64,000 nucleotides of DNA from Dehalococcoidales bacterium (GCA_034414775.1 DAOULX010000044.1:3150-67149); one strand, 5' to 3'; shown: positions 35,040-43,887, numbered from the stretch's first letter. Notes: generated by a model from the sequence alone, not told the origin. Program-made: numbers and translations.

Positions 35040-36303
35040 GCGAAGTTTTCGGCGGAATGGGACCGGATGCCAGGATCATGATAAAGCCTGCAATCGCCAA
35101 TAGAGTCATCATCAGGAAGGCCGGCTGATAGGTACCGACCGCGTCAGCGATGCGACCGGTTACCAGCGGTCCCAGCGCGCCACCGAGAGAACCTCCCAGG
35201 ACCACCAGCCCGAAGATAGCCCCGTGGGACCGTAGCCCGAAGAACTCGGCCACCGTGGGTGATATCAAAGCGTAGAATCCCCCGTGGCAGAAACCGTAGA
35301 CCACGGCAAAGATGACCAGACTCCAGACCTCCCCGGCGAACTGTACCCAAGCGAAAGCCACCGTCAGCAACAGGATAGATATCAGCAAACCACGCTTGCC
35401 GCCAATCCTGTCGCCGACCATTCCCATGACCAGCCTGCCGGCAATACTGACGCCGCCGATTATGGATATCATGGTGGTCCCTACCGGAGCGGAAAAGCCA
35501 CTCTTGGTTACATAGGTGGCAAAGTGGACGATGACCGAAAAAGTGCAGTAAAGAATGATAAAGAACGCCGGGCAAAGCATCCAGAACCTTCGGGTACGGA
35601 CGGCCTGTCCGAGGGTCTGCCCGGTCTTGTCCAGGACCGTGTCCGTATCCTGCCAGGCCGTTTCGCCGTCCGGGTATTGCCCGACTTTCGAAGGATCGCG
35701 CTTGAGGAGCTGAGATGCTACTCCACCCAGTAACGCAATTGCTATCCCGAGGATGATGAAGGCATCGCGCCAGCCAGAGGCACTGATGAGACTGGCTGCC
35801 ACTAGCGGGGCAATCATGATGCCCACGCCGGTGCCTATCTTCACAATGCCGCTCATCGTCCCCCGCCGCCTCACGAACCACCGCGCCGTGGTGGAAAGCA
35901 GTATAACGTCCGTGCCGCTTACCCCGATGCCGACGATGACACCGAAGAACAGGTAAAGCTGCCAGACGCTATCGGTCCCGGATGTCAGGGCGTACCCCAG
36001 CCCGGCCACTAAGGCACTGGCGGTCATCAGGACACGGGGTCCGAACCGGTCATTCAGGTACCCCATGGACACCGCCCCCACACCGACAAGTATCTGGCTC
36101 ACGGAAGCAGCCCCGGAGACGGTCGCCCGTGACCACCCGAATTCATTTAGTAATGGATCAAAGAAGATGCCGAAGGTGTTATACACGCCCCACATTAGAA
36201 TCTGGATCCCGAAGGCGGTAGCCACCAGAATATAGCCGTAAAACAAGCCCGGTTTTTCGGGTTGTTTCGACAGGGGCTCGTCTTCTTTGGTAAGTTTATC
36301 CAT
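35032..36303 (-). CDS. MFS transporter (oxalate/formate antiporter-like)
   Basis: 12 predicted TM segments. GYLNDRFGPR loop motif between TM2 and TM3. Confidence 0.85.
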   Translation of the reverse strand: MDKLTKEDEPLSKQPEKPGLFYGYILVATAFGIQILMWGVYNTFGIFFDPLLNEFGWSRATVSGAASVSQILVGVGAVSMGYLNDRFGPRVLMTASALVAGLGYALTSGTDSVWQLYLFFGVIVGIGVSGTDVILLSTTARWFVRRRGTMSGIVKIGTGVGIMIAPLVAASLISASGWRDAFIILGIAIALLGGVASQLLKRDPSKVGQYPDGETAWQDTDTVLDKTGQTLGQAVRTRRFWMLCPAFFIILYCTFSVIVHFATYVTKSGFSAPVGTTMISIIGGVSIAGRLVMGMVGDRIGGKRGLLISILLLTVAFAWVQFAGEVWSLVIFAVVYGFCHGGFYALISPTVAEFFGLRSHGAIFGLVVLGGSLGGALGPLVTGRIADAVGTYQPAFLMMTLLAIAGFIMILASGPIPPKTSLR

Positions 36304-36478
36304 AAGAACAAGGACAGTCTACCGGGTCTGCCGGAACGTGGGGCTCACATGATTGTACTCTTTCCCGAGGCGCTGTATCAATTCGGGGTATTAGGCGCTT
36401 CACCGAAGGGTCGCAGTTCGAGATTCTGCTATAATGTCGGCATCAATGGCCGGTTGCCCGGCCGGTAATCAGGAGGTA

Positions 36479-36601
36479 ATGATAAAAGCCCTTGCCTGGT
36501 ATAGCGTTATTTTCAATGTCCTGGTGATTATCGCCTTTATTCTCTTCCTGGCTGGCGTCATGGAGCAGCCACCGTTCAGTAACCTTGAAGCGATTATCTA
36601 G
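36479..36601 (+). CDS. Possible 40-aa membrane peptide
   Basis: ATG follows AGGAGG but with only a 2-nt spacer. MIKALAWYSVIFNVLVIIAFILFLAGV is hydrophobic. Too short for the ORF track. Confidence 0.25.
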   Translation: MIKALAWYSVIFNVLVIIAFILFLAGVMEQPPFSNLEAII

Positions 36602-36770
36602 GCGGTATTCACGGTCCCGGTGGTCGTCCCCTGGTCGTCTCGGTAATCAGAAGATACGAATAGTACGGCGCCGGTCATGGCGGTTGGAATTACCCCTAAG
36701 GCTACCCATGTCTCGCCGACTTTGGTATAATGTTGACAAGGTAACGCGGGTTTGTGAGGAGGTAACGGAG

Positions 36771-37253
36771 ATGCTGAAGGAAGTATTGAAGATCCTTGAA
36801 GAAGATGCCCGCACCACTCCAAAGCAAATCGCCACCATGACCGGCCGAAGTGTTAGCGAGGTCGATAAACTCGTCAGGCAGGCCGAGAAAGACCGCATCA
36901 TCCTCAAGTACCGGACAGTGGTCAACTGGGATAAGGTCGAGGACGAGCGGGTATGGGCGCTTATCGAAGTCAAGGTTACGCCGGAACCGGAAGCGGGATT
37001 CGACTCCATCGCCGAGAGAATTGCCCGGTTTCATCAGGTCAGGTCGTTGTTCCTGGCTTCCGGCACCTACGACCTTCTCCTGGTCGTCGTTGACCGGTCC
37101 GAACACAAGGTGGCAGACTTTGTTTCCCAGAACCTGGCCCATCTGGAAGGGGTACAGGGGACGGTGACCCACTTTGTATTAAAACGCTACAAGGAAGATG
37201 GTGAAATGCTTCAGGGAGGGGAACCGGTTAAGCGCCAGCCGGTAATCCTTTAA
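36771..37253 (+). CDS. Lrp/AsnC family transcriptional regulator
   Basis: ILEEDARTTPKQIATMTGRSVSEVDKLVRQAEKDRII HTH plus a RAM-like C-terminal domain. ATG 36771 sits behind GAGGAGG. Confidence 0.85.
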   Translation: MLKEVLKILEEDARTTPKQIATMTGRSVSEVDKLVRQAEKDRIILKYRTVVNWDKVEDERVWALIEVKVTPEPEAGFDSIAERIARFHQVRSLFLASGTYDLLLVVVDRSEHKVADFVSQNLAHLEGVQGTVTHFVLKRYKEDGEMLQGGEPVKRQPVIL

Positions 37254-37268
37254 GCTACCGGCCTTGAA

Positions 37269-38477
37269 GTGAAAGCAATGTCTTTAAACATGAAGAAAGT
37301 CCGGAAACACGCCCGGCCGGGTATTATCTCGGAGCGCGTCAACCGCCTGTCTCCTTCCGGAATACGCAAGTTTTTCGACCTGCTGGAGTCTATGGAGGGC
37401 GTTATCTCACTGGGAGTCGGCGAGCCGGACTACGCCACACCCTGGCATATCAGCGAGGCCGCCGTATCTTCTCTGGAGAAGGGCTATACAATGTATACCT
37501 CCAACTCCGGTATCCCTGAGTTGCGCGAGGAGACTTCGCGATACCTCGAGGAAAGGTACGGGGTTGAATACGATCCGTATGGGGAGATTTTAATCACCGT
37601 TGGGGTAAGCGAGGCTCTGGACCTGGCAATGAGGGCTATCCTCAATACCGGCGACGAGGTTATCATGCCGGATCCCCACTACGTCGCTTACGATTCGTGC
37701 GTTATTCTCGCCGGTGGCGAGCCGATCATGGCGCCCACCAGTCAGGAAAACGCCTTCGAGGTCGAAGCCAGGGACATCGAGGCCCGCATCACAGACCGGA
37801 CCCGGGCCATTTTACTTGGGTATCCTGCCAACCCGACGGGAGCCGTTATGGATAGGGACAGGCTGCTGGCCATTGCCGAGGTAGCCGGGAGACACCACCT
37901 GATAGTCGTCTCGGACGAAATTTACGCCCGGCTGGTCTACGGTGTGGAACACGTCTGTTATGCCGGCCTGCCCGGCGTGCGGGATAATACTATATTGTTG
38001 GGTGGGTTTTCCAAGGCCTACGCCATGACCGGCTGGCGCGTCGGTTACGCGGCCGCCCCCCGCGAGATTATCAGCGCCATGACTAAGATTCACCAGTACA
38101 CTATCATGAGCGCCCCCACCATGGCCCAGGTGGCTGCCATCGAGGCTCTGAAAACCGGAGAACAGGACGTCCTGGAAATGGTCAAGGACTACGACCGAAG
38201 GCGTAAGATAATCGTTAACGGCCTCTGCGAGATCGGCCTGGATTGCTTCGAGCCGAAAGGTGCTTTCCATGCCTTTCCGTCCATCACCGTCACCGGTCTG
38301 AACTCGGAGGAGTTCTCGGAGAAGCTCCTCCTGGAGGAAAAGGTGGCGGTCGTACCCGGTTCAGCATTCGGGGAGTGCGGCGAGGGTTACGTTCGGTGCT
38401 GCTACGCAACATCCCTGGCGGAAATCGAAGAGGCTCTGAACCGCATGGGGCGGTTTGTGAAGAAACACCGGAAATAG
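37269..38477 (+). CDS. Class I/II pyridoxal-phosphate-dependent aminotransferase
   Basis: LGVGEPDY, NPTG, SDEIYARLVY and FSKAYAMTGWRVGY (PLP lysine) motifs. The start may be ATG 37278. Confidence 0.9.
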   Translation: MKAMSLNMKKVRKHARPGIISERVNRLSPSGIRKFFDLLESMEGVISLGVGEPDYATPWHISEAAVSSLEKGYTMYTSNSGIPELREETSRYLEERYGVEYDPYGEILITVGVSEALDLAMRAILNTGDEVIMPDPHYVAYDSCVILAGGEPIMAPTSQENAFEVEARDIEARITDRTRAILLGYPANPTGAVMDRDRLLAIAEVAGRHHLIVVSDEIYARLVYGVEHVCYAGLPGVRDNTILLGGFSKAYAMTGWRVGYAAAPREIISAMTKIHQYTIMSAPTMAQVAAIEALKTGEQDVLEMVKDYDRRRKIIVNGLCEIGLDCFEPKGAFHAFPSITVTGLNSEEFSEKLLLEEKVAVVPGSAFGECGEGYVRCCYATSLAEIEEALNRMGRFVKKHRK

Positions 38478-38523
38478 TGGTAGCAGAAACACGCCTGCCC
38501 TTGCCCCGCCCCTTTACATCAGA

Positions 38524-39540
38524 CTATTTTCCCCCGGGGTACTTTTTCACGCCCTCGCCGATGGGATAGGATATCATGAAGATGGTCTGCCGGTTCAGAT
38601 TGCGCACGACCAGAGGGCCGGCTTCGATGTCCGGCGGTAGATAGGCCCCGAAACTCTTGTTGATGATGTGCTTTTCTCCGCCTATCCACAGCTCGGCCTC
38701 ACCACAGAGGTCGGTTATATCGTCGTAGTTCATGGCGCTAACAACGATGGACGCACCGTGGGGTACGGTGCGGGCTTTCATAACGGTCTGCCCGGCCTTT
38801 GAGTTATCGCCCGGCAGGAGCCACTTGACCTCGCAGCCGAACTCCGCTCCGGGAATCACCACATCATCAATGATTGCCATCGGACGGCAATATTTAGGGT
38901 CGAGCTCCGGCAGATAGTCCGGTCGTGGGGCGTGCTTTTCGCCGCCATAAACAAAGTATTTGGCGTTGCGGGATTCGCCCGTCTCCTTTATCTCTGCTTT
39001 GAACGGAGCCTTTTCCTGGCCTGGTGCGACATCGTCGCGAGCCTCATCATCCTCCCCTTCTCTTATGTAGACGCCCGGCCCGGAGGTCCAGAGAACGACG
39101 GGATGCTGGCTCACCTTCCCGCTGCCACCGCGCGCCGGCATGTGCATCATGCCGGCCGGGATATAGCCCACCCAGCTCCGGTCCATCGGTATCAACTCGT
39201 CCTCCATTAACCATCCCATGCTGGTGGTATCTTCCGGATGGTACGGGTCGGTCCCCCACCATGAAAGGATTTCGGGGAAATCGTGGGCGTGGGGGAACAT
39301 CGGTGCCTGGTTCTTCATTATCTCCGCCCAGGATATCTGGTTGGGATAGGAAGCCGGCCAGATCCAGGTAGACTCGCCGTAGTAAGCGCCCGGGATGACA
39401 TCGCTATCAATCCAGAGGACGTGCTCCATGCTGATACGCTTGCCCTCGGCGGCGATCTGGTCCCTTTCCGCCGGGGTCGGGCCGGGCAGTCTTTCTCTTT
39501 TTTTCAGCTCCGTGCAGAAGTACTTGTCGAAGTCCGCCAT
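38524..39540 (-). CDS. Hypothetical protein, possibly a two-domain cupin-like fold
   Basis: 338 aa, beta-rich, with PHAHDFPEIL and GYIPAGMMHMP His-containing segments. I recognised no family. ATG 39540 sits behind AGGAAGG. Confidence 0.5.
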   Translation of the reverse strand: MADFDKYFCTELKKRERLPGPTPAERDQIAAEGKRISMEHVLWIDSDVIPGAYYGESTWIWPASYPNQISWAEIMKNQAPMFPHAHDFPEILSWWGTDPYHPEDTTSMGWLMEDELIPMDRSWVGYIPAGMMHMPARGGSGKVSQHPVVLWTSGPGVYIREGEDDEARDDVAPGQEKAPFKAEIKETGESRNAKYFVYGGEKHAPRPDYLPELDPKYCRPMAIIDDVVIPGAEFGCEVKWLLPGDNSKAGQTVMKARTVPHGASIVVSAMNYDDITDLCGEAELWIGGEKHIINKSFGAYLPPDIEAGPLVVRNLNRQTIFMISYPIGEGVKKYPGGK

Positions 39541-39656
39541 TATATTCCTTCCTGACATCGATGTTTTCTGTTTCCCCGATTATAGCATAAAGCGGCCTGC
39601 GCTGGTGTCACGGGAGGTATATGAAGGGCATATGAATAAGAGACAGGCAGATTCTT

Positions 39657-39770
39657 CTAAACCACATCCACCACGAAATCAAACGTGGCCTTCTGCCCGT
39701 CGGCGATATCCGTCACATCCATTACGGTCAGGTCGAGTCGACTCGGTGAGGCCTTTTTTATGGTTGACAT
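39657..39770 (-). CDS. Possible 37-aa ORF
   Basis: ATG sits 4 nt after GAGGA. MSTIKKASPSRLDLTVMDVTDIADGQKATFDFVVDVV. No other support. Confidence 0.2.
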   Translation of the reverse strand: MSTIKKASPSRLDLTVMDVTDIADGQKATFDFVVDVV

Positions 39771-39896
39771 ATTGTCCTCAAATATTCGAGTCCATCTATC
39801 AGCATAGTATCATGATAATGATATGTATGTAACATATATCACGACGCGGGCCGATCTTCTTTATTGAGACGTCCACTAACCCTTTGTTGGAAGAAG

Positions 39897-39929
39897 GTAA
39901 AAAAGGAAAGAGGGGTTCATGCCCCTCTT
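39897..39929 (-). terminator. Rho-independent terminator of trpS
   Basis: The minus strand reads AAGAGGGG CATGAA CCCCTCTT then TCCTTTTTTAC, about 30 nt after the trpS stop. Confidence 0.7.
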
Positions 39930-39959
39930 CTTGTTGTTATGGCATGATGAGCCGGTGGA

Positions 39960-40943
39960 TTACCCCAGCCCCACCCGTGCCTTCACCTCCGCCAAAGTTT
40001 TTTCCGCCAGCGGGCGGGCCTTGGTGGCCCCCTCCGCAAGTATGGCGTCGATGCGGCCGGGCTCGGCGGTAAGCTCCCGATAGCGTTCTTGAGGTGGTCG
40101 GAGCCCCTCAATGACCACCTCGGCCAACGCCTTTTTGAGGTCACCGTAGCCTTTACCCTCAAAACACGCTTCGATATCAGCCTTTTTTTCGCCTGTAAAC
40201 GATTGGTAGATAGTCAGCAGGTTGTTGATCCCCGGGCGTTTTTCGTTGAAGAGGATGTCCCGGTGCGAGTCCGTCGTCGCCCGCATTATCTTGGCACGAA
40301 TGTCGTCGGGGGAATCGAGCAGGTTGATGGCATGGCCGGCGGCCACATCGCTTCCGCTCATTTTGTTCGTCGGCTCATCCAGTCCCATAATGCGCGCCCC
40401 GGTATCCGGAATCAATGGTTCCGGCAGGACGAAGGTCTCGCCGTAGATGTTGTTGAAACGCTGCGCCGCGTCGCGGGCCAGCTCAACGTGCTGTTTCTGG
40501 TCCTCACCCACCGGTACGACATCCGTCCGGTAGAGGAGGATATCGGCGGCCATCAGCGCCGGGTAGTCGAAGAGGCCGACGCTCACCGATTCTTTCTGTT
40601 TCAAGGCCTTCTCCTTGTACTGGGTCATACGCTGCATCCACCCCATGGGTATGAAGCAGTTGAGTATCCAGGCCAGCTCGCTGTGGGCGCTGACGTGCGA
40701 CTGCACGAAAAGAATAGAACGCCCCGGGTCGATGCCCGCCGCCAGGAGCAAGCCGGCGAACTCGCGGATTCTGGCCTTCAAGACTTCAGATTCCTGTGGT
40801 ACCGTGATGGCGTGCAGGTCCACGACGCAGAAAACATTATCGTAGTCTGCCTGCATGGCCACCCAGTACTTGATGGCCCCCAGGTAGTTGCCGATGTGGA
40901 TGCTTCCCGTCGGCTGGATGCCGGAGAAGACGCGCTTTTTCAT
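39960..40943 (-). CDS. trpS: Tryptophan--tRNA ligase
   Basis: FSGIQPTGSIHIGNYLGA (HIGH) and KMSGS (KMSKS variant) motifs. 327 aa. Confidence 0.95.
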   Translation of the reverse strand: MKKRVFSGIQPTGSIHIGNYLGAIKYWVAMQADYDNVFCVVDLHAITVPQESEVLKARIREFAGLLLAAGIDPGRSILFVQSHVSAHSELAWILNCFIPMGWMQRMTQYKEKALKQKESVSVGLFDYPALMAADILLYRTDVVPVGEDQKQHVELARDAAQRFNNIYGETFVLPEPLIPDTGARIMGLDEPTNKMSGSDVAAGHAINLLDSPDDIRAKIMRATTDSHRDILFNEKRPGINNLLTIYQSFTGEKKADIEACFEGKGYGDLKKALAEVVIEGLRPPQERYRELTAEPGRIDAILAEGATKARPLAEKTLAEVKARVGLG

Positions 40944-40997
40944 GGGAGGCTCCTTGATAGTTAGTTTACTATAAATTCAGCTACGGGGACAAGAATC

Positions 40998-41045
40998 TGT
41001 CATTGCGGGTCCATGCCGGCGAAGCTGGCAGGCGAAGCAATCTCA
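40998..41045 (+). repeat. Interspersed hairpin repeat, long variant
   Basis: tgtcattgcgggtccatgccggcgaagctggcaggcgaagcaatctc. ATTGC/GCAAT stem. Confidence 0.65.
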
Positions 41046-41070
41046 CACGTTTTAATAGAATAGGCGGATT

Positions 41071-41134
41071 GGATTGCCACGCATCCCGGTGCGATAGGAG
41101 GGAAGGAAGCGCACCAGGATGGCTCGCAATGGCA
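41071..41134 (-). repeat. Interspersed hairpin repeat, long variant, inverted
   Basis: The minus strand reads tgccattgcgagccatcctggtgcgc...gcgtggcaatcc. ATTGC/GCAAT stem. Confidence 0.55.
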
Positions 41135-41145
41135 GTGAAGAACAG

Positions 41146-41191
41146 GAAAAAGCCCGCCGCTCGGAACGGGGTGATTCCTGCGGGCAGGCTT
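41146..41191 (-). terminator. Possible terminator downstream of the pilin gene
   Basis: Imperfect GC-rich hairpin (AGCCTGCCCGC...GCGGCGGGCT) followed by TTTTT on the minus strand. Confidence 0.35.
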
Positions 41192-41235
41192 TCCTCTGTT
41201 AGTGTGGTACCTCGGCTATAAAAATCTACATAAGA

Positions 41236-41640
41236 TTAAGGCGTGGTCTGTGTTACAGTACCGTCCGTCGCGAAAGCATAGGTGCAGCCACTCTTGACGT
41301 TGTAGGTTGTGGCGTCGACGACATCGAGACCGGTCAGGTAGTCATGAAGACGCAAGGTGGTGCCGTTGCTAGATGTCGCCGTTACAGTATACATGTTGGT
41401 AATGTTGGAACTGGCGGCATCTAATACACCCGTAGCGCCGTCAGCCATCATGGCCATGACCCCGGTCTGGACGTTGTGCAGTTCCGTTTCGTAGGACTCC
41501 GTTTTTCCCCTGCCGATAAATTTACCGACATTCGGTACGGCGACTGCGGCCAGCACACCCAGGATGGCTACCACGACAAGCAGCTCGATCAGGGTGAAAC
41601 CAGCTTCCCCATAGCGGAATTTTTTCATCAACCTCTTCAT
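41236..41640 (-). CDS. Type IV pilin-like protein (prepilin-type N-terminal cleavage/methylation domain)
   Basis: Leader MKRLMKKFRYGEAG then FTLIELLVVVAILGVLAAVAVP. SD AAGGAGG. Confidence 0.85.
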   Translation of the reverse strand: MKRLMKKFRYGEAGFTLIELLVVVAILGVLAAVAVPNVGKFIGRGKTESYETELHNVQTGVMAMMADGATGVLDAASSNITNMYTVTATSSNGTTLRLHDYLTGLDVVDATTYNVKSGCTYAFATDGTVTQTTP

Positions 41641-41918
41641 TGTTAGGACGCCTCCTTTTTCTTATATAGATTTTACGAAGTTAACCCCTGCTTATCAGCT
41701 TATCATAACGAGGATTTCGTACAATGGCGTAATAGTCCTCGTCGGACCTAGGAATATAGTACTGCGGTTTACAGGTCCGCTGTGATACGGACAACATGTC
41801 ACCTATAGTCTAATTCTTCAGCGCCTTCGTTTCGATGATACTCTCACCCAAATTTGGTGAGTGCCTACCCTGACTATGAACGGTGACCGACCACGGCACT
41901 ATCAACAGGAAAATACCA

Positions 41919-41947
41919 TTGACCCCCCGGGGAAAATGGGTCAAAAT
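41919..41947 (+). promoter_or_regulatory. Candidate promoter (TTGACC-17-CAAAAT) 8 nt upstream of GTG 41956
   Basis: Read directly. There is no SD before the start. Confidence 0.35.
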
Positions 41948-41955
41948 GTAACATC

Positions 41956-42750
41956 GTGACTGTGTTACTGGCCATTATCTTCGCATTGTTCGGGTTGGTC
42001 GTCGGCAGTTTCCTGAACATCTGCATCGACCGCCTGCCGGCGCGCCGGTCCCTGGTCTACCCGCCATCTCACTGCGATGCCTGTCAGCATTCCCTTTCCG
42101 TTCGTGACCTGGTGCCCGTATTCAGTTACCTGTGGTTACGTGGCCGCTGCTGCTATTGTGGAGCAGGCATACCTCGCCGCGTCCTAATCGTTGAGGCCCT
42201 CACTACAATCTTGTTCTTCCTGGCTTTCTGGCGCTTTGGCCTCACACCTCCGTTCGGCCTCGCCGCTTTCTGGTGTTGTATCTTCCTGGTTATCGCCGTG
42301 ATAGACTGGGAACACAAGCTGATCCTCAACCGGTTGACCTACCCGGCGGCAATCGCAGCTCTGGTTATCCTGGCTATTGAATCGATATTTCCGGGGACCC
42401 TGCTCGGTAACCTGGAGCTGATTCCGCGTCCGGCCATTCTCAGTGGCGTCATCGGCGGGGCCATCGGGCTGGTCTTCTTCCTTATTGTATTTATCATCAA
42501 TCCCAGGGGTATGGGCATGGGGGACGTCAAGCTGGCGGGCCTTATCGGCCTGGTGACCGGCTTCCCGTTGGGACTGGTGGCCCTGTTCGTCGGCATCTTT
42601 ATCGGCGGGTTGGCGGCGGTCGTGCTGCTGGTGCTGAGGATGAAAGGCCGGAAGGATGTGGTCCCATACGGCACTTTCCTGGCGATCGGCCCCATCGTGA
42701 CGCTTTTATGGGGTACACCAATCCTTCACTGGTACCAGGGTCTGTTTTAG
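41956..42750 (+). CDS. Prepilin peptidase (A24 family)
   Basis: GSFLNICIDRLP, Cys motif CDACQH...CCYCG, and catalytic GMGMGDVKL region. Confidence 0.9.
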   Translation: MTVLLAIIFALFGLVVGSFLNICIDRLPARRSLVYPPSHCDACQHSLSVRDLVPVFSYLWLRGRCCYCGAGIPRRVLIVEALTTILFFLAFWRFGLTPPFGLAAFWCCIFLVIAVIDWEHKLILNRLTYPAAIAALVILAIESIFPGTLLGNLELIPRPAILSGVIGGAIGLVFFLIVFIINPRGMGMGDVKLAGLIGLVTGFPLGLVALFVGIFIGGLAAVVLLVLRMKGRKDVVPYGTFLAIGPIVTLLWGTPILHWYQGLF

Positions 42751-42792
42751 GTTGTTAGGTTTCATCGCTTTGTGACGAACTCTTCGAATGTA

Positions 42793-42821
42793 TTGACAGT
42801 CCTATCGTCCGGCAGTACAAT
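42793..42821 (+). promoter_or_regulatory. Near-consensus promoter (TTGACA-17-TACAAT) 8 nt upstream of ATG 42830
   Basis: Read directly. There is no SD, so the mRNA may be leaderless. Confidence 0.5.
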
Positions 42822-42829
42822 AGTCCTGT

Positions 42830-43159
42830 ATGAACACAGGACTTTCTGGTGGGCAGTACGGTCCCGGGGCCGGTATGAAAGTAAGGGTCGGGCGGCGGCG
42901 TTCCAGTATCCAGATTATTGCTGATATGTTACGAGTGGGTGAAAACGGAGCCGGCAAGACCGAGATAATGTACTCTGCCAATATGAGCTACAGCCAGATA
43001 CAGAGATATCTCGACTACCTGGTGAGGCAGGGCTTTATTGACAGGGTGGATATGGATAACACCTTAGTCGCCTACCGTGTCACGGATAGCGGTTTTAAGC
43101 TGCTTAAAGCCATCGATACGCTGATGGAGATGCTGGAACCCGGCAGCCTCCAAGGCTGA
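42830..43159 (+). CDS. Winged helix-turn-helix protein (archaeal-type small wHTH)
   Basis: IQIIADMLRVGENGAGKTEIMYSANMSYSQIQRYLDYLVRQGFIDR...YRVTDSGFKLL. An alternative start is ATG 42875. Confidence 0.65.
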   Translation: MNTGLSGGQYGPGAGMKVRVGRRRSSIQIIADMLRVGENGAGKTEIMYSANMSYSQIQRYLDYLVRQGFIDRVDMDNTLVAYRVTDSGFKLLKAIDTLMEMLEPGSLQG

Positions 43160-43188
43160 CGTTTAATAGTCCCATTAAATAAATTCAT

Positions 43189-43216
43189 ACCCGGAGATAC
43201 ATCTCCGGGTTTTTTG
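43189..43216 (+). terminator. Rho-independent terminator
   Basis: ACCCGGAG ATACAT CTCCGGGT followed by TTTTTGTT. Confidence 0.8.
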
Positions 43217-43390
43217 TTGCGCTGATCAATGCATCCCGATGTTCTGAATAGACTTCCAGCTTTAATAAAAGATTAAGTAAAACTTTATGATTAATTTATT
43301 AGTTTTATGTCGATGTTTATGCCCCGATGATACACTATCGGTAACAATCAAGAAAGAGCCTATCCCGGGCTAGTGAGGTGAAGAGGAAAG

Positions 43391-43741
43391 ATGAGAAGGA
43401 CTCTGCTCCTGGACGAAGACGATCTGATCATGGTAGTCAAACAGGATGTCGTCCATCAGATAGACCAGAACCGTGGCGAGATGAACCGCTCCGAGTTTGT
43501 TAACTATCTTATTCAGTGCCAGCTAAAACAATTCTCCGAGCCAAAGGACTGCGTAACCAGGGAAGAGTTCCAGCTTTTCGCCCGCCAGATAACCGAGCTC
43601 CTCCACGATTTCCTGGAGTTCTTTGTCAGCTACGGCATGGCCTTAGGCCGCGGCGAGCATGAAGCCGATATTCAATCTCTCACCCAACAGCTTAGGTCAT
43701 TCTGCCAGACCGACGAAGAAACCGGCGAGGCCCAGTCTTAA
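43391..43741 (+). CDS. Ribbon-helix-helix (CopG-like) DNA-binding protein with an acidic C-terminal extension
   Basis: MRRTLLLDEDDLIMV (beta strand) ... NRSEFVNYLIQ (helix) RHH pattern. SD GAGGTGAAGAGG. Confidence 0.5.
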   Translation: MRRTLLLDEDDLIMVVKQDVVHQIDQNRGEMNRSEFVNYLIQCQLKQFSEPKDCVTREEFQLFARQITELLHDFLEFFVSYGMALGRGEHEADIQSLTQQLRSFCQTDEETGEAQS

Positions 43742-43789
43742 CGACCTCTGCTCAAATCCACCCCAACCGCTTTATCCACGTTCAATAGA

Positions 43790-43809
43790 ACTATGTTCTA
43801 GAACATAGT
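43790..43809. promoter_or_regulatory. 20-bp perfect palindrome ACTATGTTCTAGAACATAGT (candidate operator)
   Basis: Verified base by base. Lies between the RHH gene stop and the GH3 gene. Confidence 0.6.
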
Positions 43810-43841
43810 CACTTCCCAAGGTAGCCGTTTTACCTTAGTCT

Positions 43842-43887
43842 TTTCGTATACTGTCCTTTTGTATAGTAACTTATCTTTCGTATAGTG
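43842..43887 (+). repeat. Three direct repeats TTT(C/T)GTATA(C/G)T upstream of the GH3 gene
   Basis: tttcgtatactg (43842), ttttgtatagta (43857), tttcgtatagtg (43876). Each contains a -10-like TATA(C/G)T. Confidence 0.5.

Noticed and set aside
36408-36429. GGGTCGCAGTTCGAGATTCTGC, which resembles a tRNA T-arm and so a possible att-site remnant
   Set aside because: The T-stem pairing is only 4 bp with a 9-nt loop. No acceptor or anticodon arm can be folded from the flanks, and no integrase or matching repeat is nearby.
41205-41220. GTGTGGTACCTCGG, which resembles the T-box core (GGTGGTACCGCG) near trpS
   Set aside because: It is on the plus strand, whereas trpS is on the minus strand. No specifier loop or terminator/anti-terminator context accompanies it, and no plus-strand aminoacyl-tRNA-related gene follows.
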